43,811 nucleotides of DNA from a virus. Its lineage: Duplodnaviria > Caudoviricetes. A program made the translations under genes and the position numbers. Of the stretch, positions 17,188 through 25,825 are shown piece after piece; position 1 is the first letter of the stretch; every line of letters starts with the position of its first letter. A model generated the notes under the pieces. It was not told the DNA's origin and searched no databases. It saw only the letters and a list, made by a program, of their open reading frames with translations. The stretch is from IMG/VR virus record IMGVR_UViG_3300032270_000312, positions 1-43,811 of that record, one strand, 5' to 3'.

Positions 17188-18416
17188 AGCACAGAGTTGC
17201 TCAGATTCTTACTGATCAAGAGATACATGGATGGTACTTTGATGAGCCTGCTGCATGGAAACTTGAATCGACTCTCAGACAAGAACTTGAAGGTCTTACT
17301 GAGTTACTACGAAACAGGCACCCTCTCGTTAAAGGATCAGAGTTCACTCCTAAACGAGCTAACAAAACCAGTGGCTATGTCGAAGGAGCTACTTTCTCTC
17401 GACTAAAGGAGTTCAATCCTACATCCAGAGATCACATTGCCTGGGTAATGGAGACCCACTACAAGTGGAAGCCAACCCAGTTCACTGATAAGGGTAAAGC
17501 CACAATTGATGAGGTAGTCCTAAAAGACATTGGTACGCCGATTGCTCTTCAGTTCTTCCGTTGTCTGGAGCTAACGAAACAGCTTGGCATGTTGTCGGAA
17601 GGCATCAATGCCTGGCTGAAGTTAGTAAGAGACAGCAGGATTCATCACCACTGCTCAGTGGCTACAAACACCCATCGGTGTGCACATAGGAAACCAAACC
17701 TTGCACAGGTGCCGAGTGACGCTGATTTTAGAAAGCTATTCCGCGCTAGCCCTGACATGTGCATGGTTGGTGCTGACCTCGCAGGGATTGAACTGCGACT
17801 GCTTGCCCATTATCTGGCTCGATACGATGGAGGCCGTTACGCAGATGTTCTTCTCAACGGTGACATTCACCAGGAGAACGCTGACAAGATAGGCATTAGT
17901 CGTCGTCTCGTTAAAACAGTTACTTACGCTTTTCTATACGGTGCTGGAGATCAAAAGATTGGGTTATCCTACGACCAAAGCCTTTCCCAGAACGAGGCGC
18001 GAAAGAAAGGCAAGGAAATCCGGCAAGCCTACATGGATGCTATTCCTGGTCTTGAGAAACTTGTTAATGCAACTAAGAAAGCTGCAGAGCGAGGTTATGT
18101 ACGCAGCATCGACGACAGGCGTATCAGCGTTGACTCGGGGCATAAGGCACTGAACTACCTGCTTCAGTCAGGAGCAGGTGTAGTAGCGAAGCGATGGATG
18201 GTACTGACGCATGAATCCATTATTCGCGCCGATATAAAAGCGAATCAACTGGCGTTCATTCACGACGAACTTCAGTTTGAAACGCAAGAACAATATGTAA
18301 ATGATCTCAAGTTCAGCTTACTCTGGGCAGCTCAGTCTGCTGGAGAGTATTACAACCTCAGGATCCCTATCGCAGCAGAAGCAAAGTCAGGATCCAACTG
18401 GTCAGAAGTGCACTAG
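17148..18416 (+). CDS. Family A DNA polymerase, polymerase domain (gp5-like)
   Basis: DLAGIELR (A), KTVTYAFLYG (B, Tyr at the T7 Y526-equivalent site), IHDE (C); start at ATG 17148 or reached by frameshift. Confidence 0.95.
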   Translation: MQTLPPLPEWVALEHRVAQILTDQEIHGWYFDEPAAWKLESTLRQELEGLTELLRNRHPLVKGSEFTPKRANKTSGYVEGATFSRLKEFNPTSRDHIAWVMETHYKWKPTQFTDKGKATIDEVVLKDIGTPIALQFFRCLELTKQLGMLSEGINAWLKLVRDSRIHHHCSVATNTHRCAHRKPNLAQVPSDADFRKLFRASPDMCMVGADLAGIELRLLAHYLARYDGGRYADVLLNGDIHQENADKIGISRRLVKTVTYAFLYGAGDQKIGLSYDQSLSQNEARKKGKEIRQAYMDAIPGLEKLVNATKKAAERGYVRSIDDRRISVDSGHKALNYLLQSGAGVVAKRWMVLTHESIIRADIKANQLAFIHDELQFETQEQYVNDLKFSLLWAAQSAGEYYNLRIPIAAEAKSGSNWSEVH

Positions 18417-18777
18417 TTATTGCTTTAGCTGTAAGACACATTTACCTTGTAATCACTTTAGTAAAAACAGATCCAGGCAGGATGGTCTTGCAAGACAATG
18501 CAAGAGCTGCTTAGCAAAGTACTACGCTATGCGAAAACTGCATAAGCTGCCTCACGGTCAACTGTGCCAAAGCTGTGGTGAAGAACCAGCAAAAGTTTGG
18601 GACCACGACCACAAGACCATGGAGCACCGTGGCTGGCTATGCAACAGATGCAACCTGGCACTAGGCCACGCAAAGGAAAGTATTGAACGTCTGGGCAATC
18701 TTATAAGATACCTATCCACTCACGTAGATGCCACCCAAAACCAAATCGAAGACTCAGTTAGCAAAGAAGCAGTTTGA
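18301..18777 (+). CDS. Endonuclease VII-type (His-Me) free-standing endonuclease
   Basis: CFSC...CKSC then CQSC...WDHDHKT..HRGWLCNRCNLALG; start uncertain. Confidence 0.8.
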   Translation: MISSSAYSGQLSLLESITTSGSLSQQKQSQDPTGQKCTSYCFSCKTHLPCNHFSKNRSRQDGLARQCKSCLAKYYAMRKLHKLPHGQLCQSCGEEPAKVWDHDHKTMEHRGWLCNRCNLALGHAKESIERLGNLIRYLSTHVDATQNQIEDSVSKEAV

Positions 18778-18871
18778 GTCAAGATCAAAATTCAAGCACA
18801 CCAAACAAGGCAACGGAACTCGATCCCTTCCAAAAGGAACCAAAAAGCTACGTCGGGGGCAAGGCAAATGA
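18728..18871 (+). CDS. Small basic protein (47 aa)
   Basis: MPPKTKSK...KHTKQGNG...RRGQGK; ATGA-coupled to the exonuclease. Confidence 0.65.
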   Translation: MPPKTKSKTQLAKKQFESRSKFKHTKQGNGTRSLPKGTKKLRRGQGK

Positions 18872-19635
18872 GCCTGTTGATCGATGCTGACTTTATTGTC
18901 TATAAGTGCTGTGCAGCTAACGAATCAGAAATCGACTGGGGTGATGATGTCATCACTGTCACAAGTCGATTCAGCGAAGCCTACAACATGGTCCAGCGGG
19001 AGCTTCTCTCCATCGCCTCAGACCTTGGATGTTTTGATGATTCTATTCTGTTCTTTTCTGATTCTGTCAACTTCCGTAAATCTATTGATCCAACGTATAA
19101 AGGACATAGAAACAGAAAGAAGCCGTGCGGTTATCGCAGGGTCATCAATAAACTCAAAGAAGATTACCAAGTAATTGTCATGCCGCAACTGGAGGCTGAC
19201 GATGCCATTGGCATCTATGCCACCAAAGAACAAGGCCACATTATCTGCTCACCTGATAAGGACATGAGGCAGATCCCTGGTGACCTGTACGACCTTTCTG
19301 ATGGAGTAGTAACTATTACAAAAGAAGATGGAGAACGCTGGCATTACATACAGACAATGGCGGGCGATCAAACCGATGGATACTCCGGCGTACCTGGTCT
19401 TGGTATCAAGAAAGCAGCTGCTTTACTTGATGAACATGGAGCAACGTGGGAGACCGTCGTTGAGGCATTTGCTGAAAAAGATCTTTCGGAAGATGTCGCG
19501 CTCATTAACGCAAGACTCGCAAAGATCCTTCAAGCAAATGACTACGATTTCACCAATCAACAACCCATCCTTTGGACCGCCGCCTCCAGTGGTCAAGCTG
19601 ACAATGGAGCAAGAGTTCAAGATGCGGCAGATTGA
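18868..19635 (+). CDS. 5'-3' exonuclease (gp6-like)
   Basis: LLIDAD, YKGHR, LEADD, SPDKD, GDQTDGYSGVPGLG. Confidence 0.95.
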   Translation: MSLLIDADFIVYKCCAANESEIDWGDDVITVTSRFSEAYNMVQRELLSIASDLGCFDDSILFFSDSVNFRKSIDPTYKGHRNRKKPCGYRRVINKLKEDYQVIVMPQLEADDAIGIYATKEQGHIICSPDKDMRQIPGDLYDLSDGVVTITKEDGERWHYIQTMAGDQTDGYSGVPGLGIKKAAALLDEHGATWETVVEAFAEKDLSEDVALINARLAKILQANDYDFTNQQPILWTAASSGQADNGARVQDAAD

Positions 19636-19831
19636 AGATGCCCTTCAAGATCCATCCGCTCGCAAGGAAGACATCATCACCATCTTCCTTGCGTTGCAAC
19701 GTCAATGTTTTGTCCTTGGCAACAACGTTTCTAACCTGATTAAAAAATGGCCCCTACTAACACCACAGGCCCAAGCTACTACCGACGAGGATCCATACAA
19801 GTCTGGGACTTTATTCGGGACCAAGGACTGA
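19538..19831 (+). CDS. nblA: NblA-like phycobilisome degradation adaptor
   Basis: LTMEQEFKMRQI...LALQRQ...LIKKW resembles the NblA L(S/T)LEQxF helix-loop-helix; overlaps the exonuclease 3' end; start uncertain. Confidence 0.7.
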   Translation: MTTISPINNPSFGPPPPVVKLTMEQEFKMRQIEDALQDPSARKEDIITIFLALQRQCFVLGNNVSNLIKKWPLLTPQAQATTDEDPYKSGTLFGTKD

Positions 19832-20046
19832 ACTTCCACCTTGGCAACGCCATCAAATATATCACTAGAGCGGGGTACAAAGAGTCCCGCATAGAAGATC
19901 TAAGCAAAGCAATCCACTACCTACAAAATGAGCTTGAAAACGAAATCCTTTATCAGCGAACAAGCGAAGGAGTTCCGGAAAAGTTTCCAGGTCAAAGACA
20001 GTACGAATCCAGCTTCACGGACTGGGCAGAAGACTTTGATCGTTGA
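19747..20046 (+). CDS. DUF3310 / gp1.7-like nucleotide kinase family protein
   Basis: PSYY...FHLGNAIKYITRAGYK...EDLSKAIHYL. Confidence 0.8.
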   Translation: MAPTNTTGPSYYRRGSIQVWDFIRDQGLNFHLGNAIKYITRAGYKESRIEDLSKAIHYLQNELENEILYQRTSEGVPEKFPGQRQYESSFTDWAEDFDR

Positions 20047-20317
20047 GGAGTTCAAAGAATTTCTGGAAGCTGAGCAACAGCTAATCATCGATTTCAAGCG
20101 TAACTCTGAAGAGTGCCTCAAAGAACTGGCAGACCTTGTGTACGTCTGCTACCAATACGCTGAGAATCTTGGTTGGGATCTTGATGAAGCTCTCAACCGA
20201 GTACATTTCAGCAACATGACCAAACTCGGTGAGGATGGTCAACCTATCCGCCGTGAAGACGGCAAGGTCTTGAAAGGACCTAACTACCAACCACCTGTAC
20301 TTACTGATCTCGTTTAA
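19928..20317 (+). CDS. MazG-like nucleotide pyrophosphohydrolase
   Basis: EEFKE...KELADLVYV...VHFSNMTK...REDGKVLKGPNY. Confidence 0.85.
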   Translation: MSLKTKSFISEQAKEFRKSFQVKDSTNPASRTGQKTLIVEEFKEFLEAEQQLIIDFKRNSEECLKELADLVYVCYQYAENLGWDLDEALNRVHFSNMTKLGEDGQPIRREDGKVLKGPNYQPPVLTDLV

Positions 20318-20319
20318 TA

Positions 20320-21723
20320 ATGTCTGCCGCTACCAAAGAACTTATCGCCCGTACTGGGCGAGTGCAGTCTTGGATTGACGACCCCACCAGCCGCCTACCT
20401 GTCTCCTGCACTGTCTTTGTGGTGGAAGACACTATGGAAGGTAAAAATGGAATCGAAGCATCCTGGCGTTTTGTTTCCCACGCTCTCCGCTACGGAGCTG
20501 GCGTGGCTGTCCATCTATCCAAGCTCCGACCGAAAGGTGATGAAAATGGCAAAGGCCTTGTGGCTTCAGGCCCTGTCTCCTTTGCCAAAATCTACTCCAC
20601 ACTGAATGAAATCCTGCGACGTGGTGGTGTTTATAAGAACGGTGCTGTGGTGTGTCACCTGGATCTTAATCATCCTGACATCCTGGATTTTGTTACCGCT
20701 AGTCGCTCTGAGCTTCCTTGGGTTAAGCGTTGCGTCAACATTAATCCACACTGGTGGAATGTGGCGACATCGGAAGTTAAGGAGGCTGTCCTTCAAGGAA
20801 TCCGCCAAGGCGACATCTGGCTGAACAAAACAAAGGTTGATCGAAATGGAAATCGAATCCGGGGAAACGTTTGCTTGGAGGTGTACCTGCCCTCACGGGG
20901 AACCTGTCTACTGCAACATGTCAACCTTGGCCAGTGCGAACTCAATGACATTCAAAGTGCATTTGTCACTGGAATGTCCCAGCTGTGCTCCCTTCACGGA
21001 CAAACAGGCGTTGGATCTAGCGGAGAGTACCTCCCTCCGGAGACGGATCGCCAGGTCGGTCTGGGAGTGCTCGGACTGGCTAACCTGCTCCGTCGCTCCG
21101 GTGTGACGTACAAGGAGTTTGGGGAAGCCCTGGCAGCAATCAACACCAAGCAAGCACACCCTCAAACCCCAGCATCAATCCTTGCTCACGAGCTGCACGC
21201 TGGTATCCAAGCTGCTGCTCAAGTGGCCAAGGTGAACAACATGGAGCGAGCCTTTGCTATTGCTCCTACAGCGTCCTGTAGCTACCGCTATACGGACCTC
21301 GATGGGTACACCACTTGCCCTGAAATCGCTCCTCCTATTGCCCGCCATGTGGACCGTGACAGCGGTACGTTTGGTGTCCAGAGCTTTGACTACGGTCCTG
21401 TTGAGATCGCGTCTGAAGTTGGCTGGGAGGCTTACAAGAAAGTCGCTGATGGCATCATGAGGATGCTTGAGGCTACGGGACTTCTTCACGGTTACAGCTT
21501 CAATAGTTGGTCTGATGTGATCACCTATGACGAAGCGTTTATTGAAGAGTGGCTGCAATCTCCGCAGACCTCCCTTTACTACTCGCTTCAGGTTATGGGT
21601 GACACCCAAGACAAGACCAGTGCCTACGCCGCACTGGAGGAGTCGGAAGTGGATTCCTACCTGGAGTCGATTCTCTATGACAGAGATGATGATCCTGCTC
21701 CTGATTGTAATTGCGGCGAATGA
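20320..21723 (+). CDS. nrdA: Ribonucleotide reductase catalytic (alpha) subunit, compact cyanopodovirus type
   Basis: VSC, NVCLE active site, AIAPTAS, TSLYY, C-terminal CNC. Confidence 0.85.
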   Translation: MSAATKELIARTGRVQSWIDDPTSRLPVSCTVFVVEDTMEGKNGIEASWRFVSHALRYGAGVAVHLSKLRPKGDENGKGLVASGPVSFAKIYSTLNEILRRGGVYKNGAVVCHLDLNHPDILDFVTASRSELPWVKRCVNINPHWWNVATSEVKEAVLQGIRQGDIWLNKTKVDRNGNRIRGNVCLEVYLPSRGTCLLQHVNLGQCELNDIQSAFVTGMSQLCSLHGQTGVGSSGEYLPPETDRQVGLGVLGLANLLRRSGVTYKEFGEALAAINTKQAHPQTPASILAHELHAGIQAAAQVAKVNNMERAFAIAPTASCSYRYTDLDGYTTCPEIAPPIARHVDRDSGTFGVQSFDYGPVEIASEVGWEAYKKVADGIMRMLEATGLLHGYSFNSWSDVITYDEAFIEEWLQSPQTSLYYSLQVMGDTQDKTSAYAALEESEVDSYLESILYDRDDDPAPDCNCGE

Positions 21724-22436
21724 ACCCCTATCAAAAACTACTCAACCGTAAAAGAACTTGGACCCCTGTCCAAACAACTGCAGGCAAGCTCGTAGAGGGT
21801 GCTGAAGAAACCATCTACCGTGCATTGGCGATCCGTCATATGGAGCTGCCTGTGGGTGACTTTATTGATGAAGCACTAAAAAATGAAGTACCTGCAGCGT
21901 CAGTGGACCTCCTACGATCCAACATCAAAGACGAGGAGAAACACGACCTTGCGCTCGGTTACATCGCCAACGCTTTGGGCGTGGATGAGAAGGCTGAATC
22001 CGAAGCCATCCGACTTCGGCAAGCATGGATTGAACATCCAGATCACACGGTCCTCAAGGCAATGGTTGCCGAACGTGCAATTTTCTTCGTCCTACTTCCC
22101 TTTTTCCGTTTCAACGGTGACGCTGGACTGAGGACTGTAAGCGCAGATATTAGTCGTGATGAACAAGTACACGTGGCTACAAATAGTCTTGTGTGTAGGG
22201 AGCTCAATCTTGATTGGAGTCCTTCTCTTGACAAGCTCCGTAAAGCAACTATCAATTGGGTGATGCAACCCCTTTCTGGGGTGGAGTCAAACAAATATCT
22301 GAATAAAAAATTTTGGCTGGATGCCAGTGATCGCCTGATGTACGAGGGCAAAGCTCCTGAGCTTTCCGAGACCAAGCGAGCACGGATGCCAGCGTTCTTT
22401 GAACATGCAAATCCAAACCTCCCGCAGTACGCTTAA
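21720..22436 (+). CDS. nrdB: Ribonucleotide reductase small (beta) subunit, ferritin-like
   Basis: Two ExxH motifs (DEEKH, DEQVH), ERAIFF, C-terminal FFE...Y; coupled to alpha. Confidence 0.75.
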   Translation: MNPYQKLLNRKRTWTPVQTTAGKLVEGAEETIYRALAIRHMELPVGDFIDEALKNEVPAASVDLLRSNIKDEEKHDLALGYIANALGVDEKAESEAIRLRQAWIEHPDHTVLKAMVAERAIFFVLLPFFRFNGDAGLRTVSADISRDEQVHVATNSLVCRELNLDWSPSLDKLRKATINWVMQPLSGVESNKYLNKKFWLDASDRLMYEGKAPELSETKRARMPAFFEHANPNLPQYA

Positions 22437-22593
22437 CCTTGGGCTTACTGTAGAGAAACTTCTAGAAGAACTAGAAGATCAATTTCCACCTTTTAACCCA
22501 CAACCTGACCTACCGCTGAACCAGATCATGTATCGAGCTGGTCAGCGCAGTGTGGTTGAACTCATTAAATCTCGTATTACCGAAGAGGAGTAA
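22399..22593 (+). CDS. Conserved Autographiviridae small protein
   Basis: LEDQFP...IMYRAGQRSVVE. Confidence 0.7.
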   Translation: MNMQIQTSRSTLNLGLTVEKLLEELEDQFPPFNPQPDLPLNQIMYRAGQRSVVELIKSRITEEE

Positions 22594-22597
22594 GAAC

Positions 22598-22906
22598 ATG
22601 TGTGGTGGTAACAACGCTCATCACGCTCAAGAAGAAGCAAAGCGAGCTGCAGCACGCCAAGCTGCTGCCTACGAAGAAGCCCTTCGTTCAGCCGAGCAGC
22701 GTAATGCTGCAACGCTGGAGGCCATGAAGCCTAAGTACACCCCGCCTCCGGTGGACACTGGTGCCATGATGGCTGACAACCAAGGTGTGCAGCGTAAGAA
22801 GTCACGTAAATCGTCCACTATTGATGCAAGCAGGGGTGTGTCCTCTCTTCGTATCCCCCTGAATACGGGAGCAAGTGGTGGCGGATCTGGTCCCAATATG
22901 GGTTGA
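22598..22906 (+). CDS. Small virion protein preceding portal
   Basis: MCGG start, GVSSLRIPL near C-terminus, position before gp8. Confidence 0.65.
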   Translation: MCGGNNAHHAQEEAKRAAARQAAAYEEALRSAEQRNAATLEAMKPKYTPPPVDTGAMMADNQGVQRKKSRKSSTIDASRGVSSLRIPLNTGASGGGSGPNMG

Positions 22907-22910
22907 ATAA

Positions 22911-24515
22911 ATGCACGCACGTAGTCGGTACGATCAACTCTCTACCTACCGTTCTCAGTTTCTTGAAACTGCAGTGCGTTGTTCGGAACTAACGCTTCCG
23001 TATCTCATCCAACGTGACGAGACACGGATCACCCATCAAATCCTTAAGCAACCTTGGCAAAGCGTAGGTGCAAAGGCGGTAGTCACATTGGCAGCCAAAC
23101 TCATGCTGTCTCTCCTGCCACCTCAAACTACGTTCTTCAAGCTTCAAGTTCGTGATGACAAACTGGGCACTGACCTGCCTGCACAAGTGCGATCTGAACT
23201 TGATCTGAGCTTTGCCAAAATGGAACGCATGGTGATGGATTCGATTGCTGCATCCAGTGATCGAGTTACTGTTCACCAAGCCCTCAAGCACCTTGTTGTA
23301 GGGGGGAACGCTCTTGTCTTTATGGGTAAGGATGGGTTGAAGCATTACCCGCTCAACCGCTATGTCGTTGAAAGAGATGGCAACGGTAACATCATTGAGA
23401 TCGTTACCAAAGAACTGATCAACAAAAAGCTGCTACCCAAGGAAATGGTTGAGGCTGTGGGCCGTCAACCAAATACTGGTATTGATAGCGGTGGCTCATA
23501 TAACGGAGATGACGCTGAGGTCTACACCCACGTTCGTCTCGACAACAACCGTTGGATCTGGCATCAGGAAGTCTTTGACAAGAAGGTTCCTGGGTCTGAA
23601 TCCAAAGCACCAAAGGAAGCAAGCCCGTGGCTGGTCCTTCGCTTCAACTCTGTCGATGGTGAGAACTACGGCAGGGGACGGGTAGAAGAGTTCCTTGGTG
23701 ATCTACGGTCCCTTGATGCACTCGCTCAGGCCCTCACAGAAGGCTCTGCAGCAGCCGCCAAGGTCGTCTTCGTGGTATCACCTTCAAGCACGACCAAAGC
23801 CCAGACGCTGGCCCAGGCAGGCAACGGTGCGATCATTCAAGGACGTCCCGAAGATATTGGTGTTGTACAGGTTGGCAAGACGGCTGACTTCAGTACAGCT
23901 GCCAACATGATGGCAACGTTGGAACGACGGATCTCCGAAGCGTTTCTTGTCCTTACTGTTCGCCAGTCGGAGCGGACTACTGCTGAAGAAGTTCGCCTTA
24001 CTCAACTTGAACTTGAGCAACAGCTTGGTGGCTTGTTCTCCTTGCTGACTGTTGAGTTCCTGATTCCTTATCTGAATCGTAAGCTCCTTGTCCTGCAACG
24101 CTCTGGTGAGCTGCCCAGGATTCCTAAGGAGATCGTCAGGCCAACCATTGTGGCTGGTATCAACGCTCTTGGTCGTGGTCAAGATCGTGAATCTCTCACG
24201 ACCTTTATCAGCACCATTGCCCAGACCCTTGGACCTGACAACCTGATGCGCTACCTCAACCCTGAGGAAGCTATCAAACGTCTTGCTGCATCTCAAGGTA
24301 TTGATGTACTCAACCTTGTGAAGACCATGGAGCAACAACAGCAGGAGCAAGCAACTGCAATGCAACAACAATCCCAGATGATGCTGACGAAGCAAGCTGG
24401 GCAGATGCTGCAGGCTCCCATTGCTGACCCATCGAAGAACCCCAACGCTGAGGAAATGCTTGGCAACGTTGTTGGTGGTCTGACTGGCATGGGTGCAGCA
24501 CAACCCACTCAATAA
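22911..24515 (+). CDS. Portal / head-tail connector (gp8-like)
   Basis: WQSVGA, GENYGRG, ERTTAEEVR, ALGRGQD. Confidence 0.96.
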   Translation: MHARSRYDQLSTYRSQFLETAVRCSELTLPYLIQRDETRITHQILKQPWQSVGAKAVVTLAAKLMLSLLPPQTTFFKLQVRDDKLGTDLPAQVRSELDLSFAKMERMVMDSIAASSDRVTVHQALKHLVVGGNALVFMGKDGLKHYPLNRYVVERDGNGNIIEIVTKELINKKLLPKEMVEAVGRQPNTGIDSGGSYNGDDAEVYTHVRLDNNRWIWHQEVFDKKVPGSESKAPKEASPWLVLRFNSVDGENYGRGRVEEFLGDLRSLDALAQALTEGSAAAAKVVFVVSPSSTTKAQTLAQAGNGAIIQGRPEDIGVVQVGKTADFSTAANMMATLERRISEAFLVLTVRQSERTTAEEVRLTQLELEQQLGGLFSLLTVEFLIPYLNRKLLVLQRSGELPRIPKEIVRPTIVAGINALGRGQDRESLTTFISTIAQTLGPDNLMRYLNPEEAIKRLAASQGIDVLNLVKTMEQQQQEQATAMQQQSQMMLTKQAGQMLQAPIADPSKNPNAEEMLGNVVGGLTGMGAAQPTQ

Positions 24516-24521
24516 CCTTTT

Positions 24522-25319
24522 ATGGCTGAAACACTAACCTTTGATCCAACTCCACCGGCTGAGGTGATGTCAAGCATCGATGCCGATCAAGCGGAATCTC
24601 TTGCCATTGGTGAGGCAATGATGGCTGAGCAGGAAGGTCTGCTCGCTGGTAAATATAAAGACGCTGCTGCTCTTGAGCAAGCCTACCTTGAACTTCAAAA
24701 GAAGCTTGGTCAAGGCGACAACGAAGAAGAGGGTGAAGCAGAAGAAGGGGAACAGGAAGAGTACGAAGAAACAGATGAAGAGTCTGAGGACTATGTGATT
24801 GACTTCCTTGCAGAGGTTGATCAAGAGTTCTCAAGCAACGGACAACTCAGTGAGGAAACTCTTGAGAAGTTCTCTCAGATGTCTTCGCGTGAACTTGTTG
24901 ATGCCTACTTCCGCTACCAAGAACAAAACGGTGGTCCTCAGCAGCAACAGTCTGTTGAGCTGTCTACCGCTGACATCAACCAGATCAAAAACTCTGTAGG
25001 CGGTGAAGGTGCTTATCAACAGCTCACTAGCTGGGCTGCAGAAAACTTCTTGCCTGAGGAAGTAGAAGCCTTTGACTCTGTTGTGGAGTCAGGCAACATG
25101 GCTGCTATTAACTTGGCACTTCAAGCACTTTACTATCGGTACACTGACGCTGTGGGCTTTGAAGGTGAAACTCTGCAAGGCAAACCTGCTCGGTCTATGG
25201 ATGTGTTCCGCAGTCAAGCAGAAGTTGTGCGAGCAATGAGTGATCCCCGGTACGAACGGGATCCGGCTTACCGCCAAGACATCATCGATAAACTCTCACG
25301 ATCTGACGTTGACTTCTGA
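24522..25319 (+). CDS. Capsid scaffolding protein (gp9-like)
   Basis: LAGKY...LEQAYLELQKK, acidic middle, AMSDPRY..DPAYR. Confidence 0.92.
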   Translation: MAETLTFDPTPPAEVMSSIDADQAESLAIGEAMMAEQEGLLAGKYKDAAALEQAYLELQKKLGQGDNEEEGEAEEGEQEEYEETDEESEDYVIDFLAEVDQEFSSNGQLSEETLEKFSQMSSRELVDAYFRYQEQNGGPQQQQSVELSTADINQIKNSVGGEGAYQQLTSWAAENFLPEEVEAFDSVVESGNMAAINLALQALYYRYTDAVGFEGETLQGKPARSMDVFRSQAEVVRAMSDPRYERDPAYRQDIIDKLSRSDVDF

Positions 25320-25482
25320 AAACTTTTGGGCCAAAGAGCCACCCATATATATGGATCCTAACTATCTTCAATCTCACAATGAACGGGCCGAACTTATTAA
25401 TGGCCGCTTGGCTATGCTTGGCTTCGTGACTGCTGTGGGTGCTTACGCACTGACTGGTCAAATCATTCCTGGAATTTGGTAA
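25309..25482 (+). CDS. hli: High-light-inducible protein
   Basis: AELINGRLAMLGF...TGQIIPGIW; start TTG 25309 or ATG 25351. Confidence 0.93.
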   Translation: MTSENFWAKEPPIYMDPNYLQSHNERAELINGRLAMLGFVTAVGAYALTGQIIPGIW

Positions 25483-25595
25483 TGCCTAAAGTAGGATCTA
25501 AAAATTACTCTTACACCGCTGCTGGCATGGCTGCTGCCAAAAAGGAAGCTGCCAAAACTGGCAAGAAACTTGAAAACAAGAAACCAAAGAAATGA
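25482..25595 (+). CDS. Small basic protein (37 aa)
   Basis: MPKVGSKNYSYTAAGMAAAKK...; TAATG coupling. Confidence 0.65.
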   Translation: MPKVGSKNYSYTAAGMAAAKKEAAKTGKKLENKKPKK

Positions 25596-25744
25596 TGGCT
25601 AAGCCTGGTCTCTACGCAAACATCCACGCCAAGCGGAAACGTATTGAAGAAGGCAGTGGAGAAAAGATGAGGAAGCCTGGTACTGCTGGTGCACCCACTG
25701 CTAAACAATTTAAGCAAGCAGCTAAAACTGCTAAGAAAAAGTAG
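25595..25744 (+). CDS. Small basic protein (49 aa)
   Basis: MAKPGLYANIHAKRKRI...GEKMRKPG..GAPTAKQF. Confidence 0.7.
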   Translation: MAKPGLYANIHAKRKRIEEGSGEKMRKPGTAGAPTAKQFKQAAKTAKKK

Positions 25745-25825
25745 TATTGGTAGTTCTGTCAATACTGCGCGTGTATTGGCGGAATTGTAGGCGTAAGCAA
25801 TATAAAAGTTCTTTGCTTTTTAATT

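Noticed and set aside
23784-24512. 242-aa minus-strand ORF (likewise 27675-28364, 36471-37067, 11668-12228)
   Set aside because: Antisense to well-supported portal, capsid, gp16 and RNAP genes; explained by codon bias
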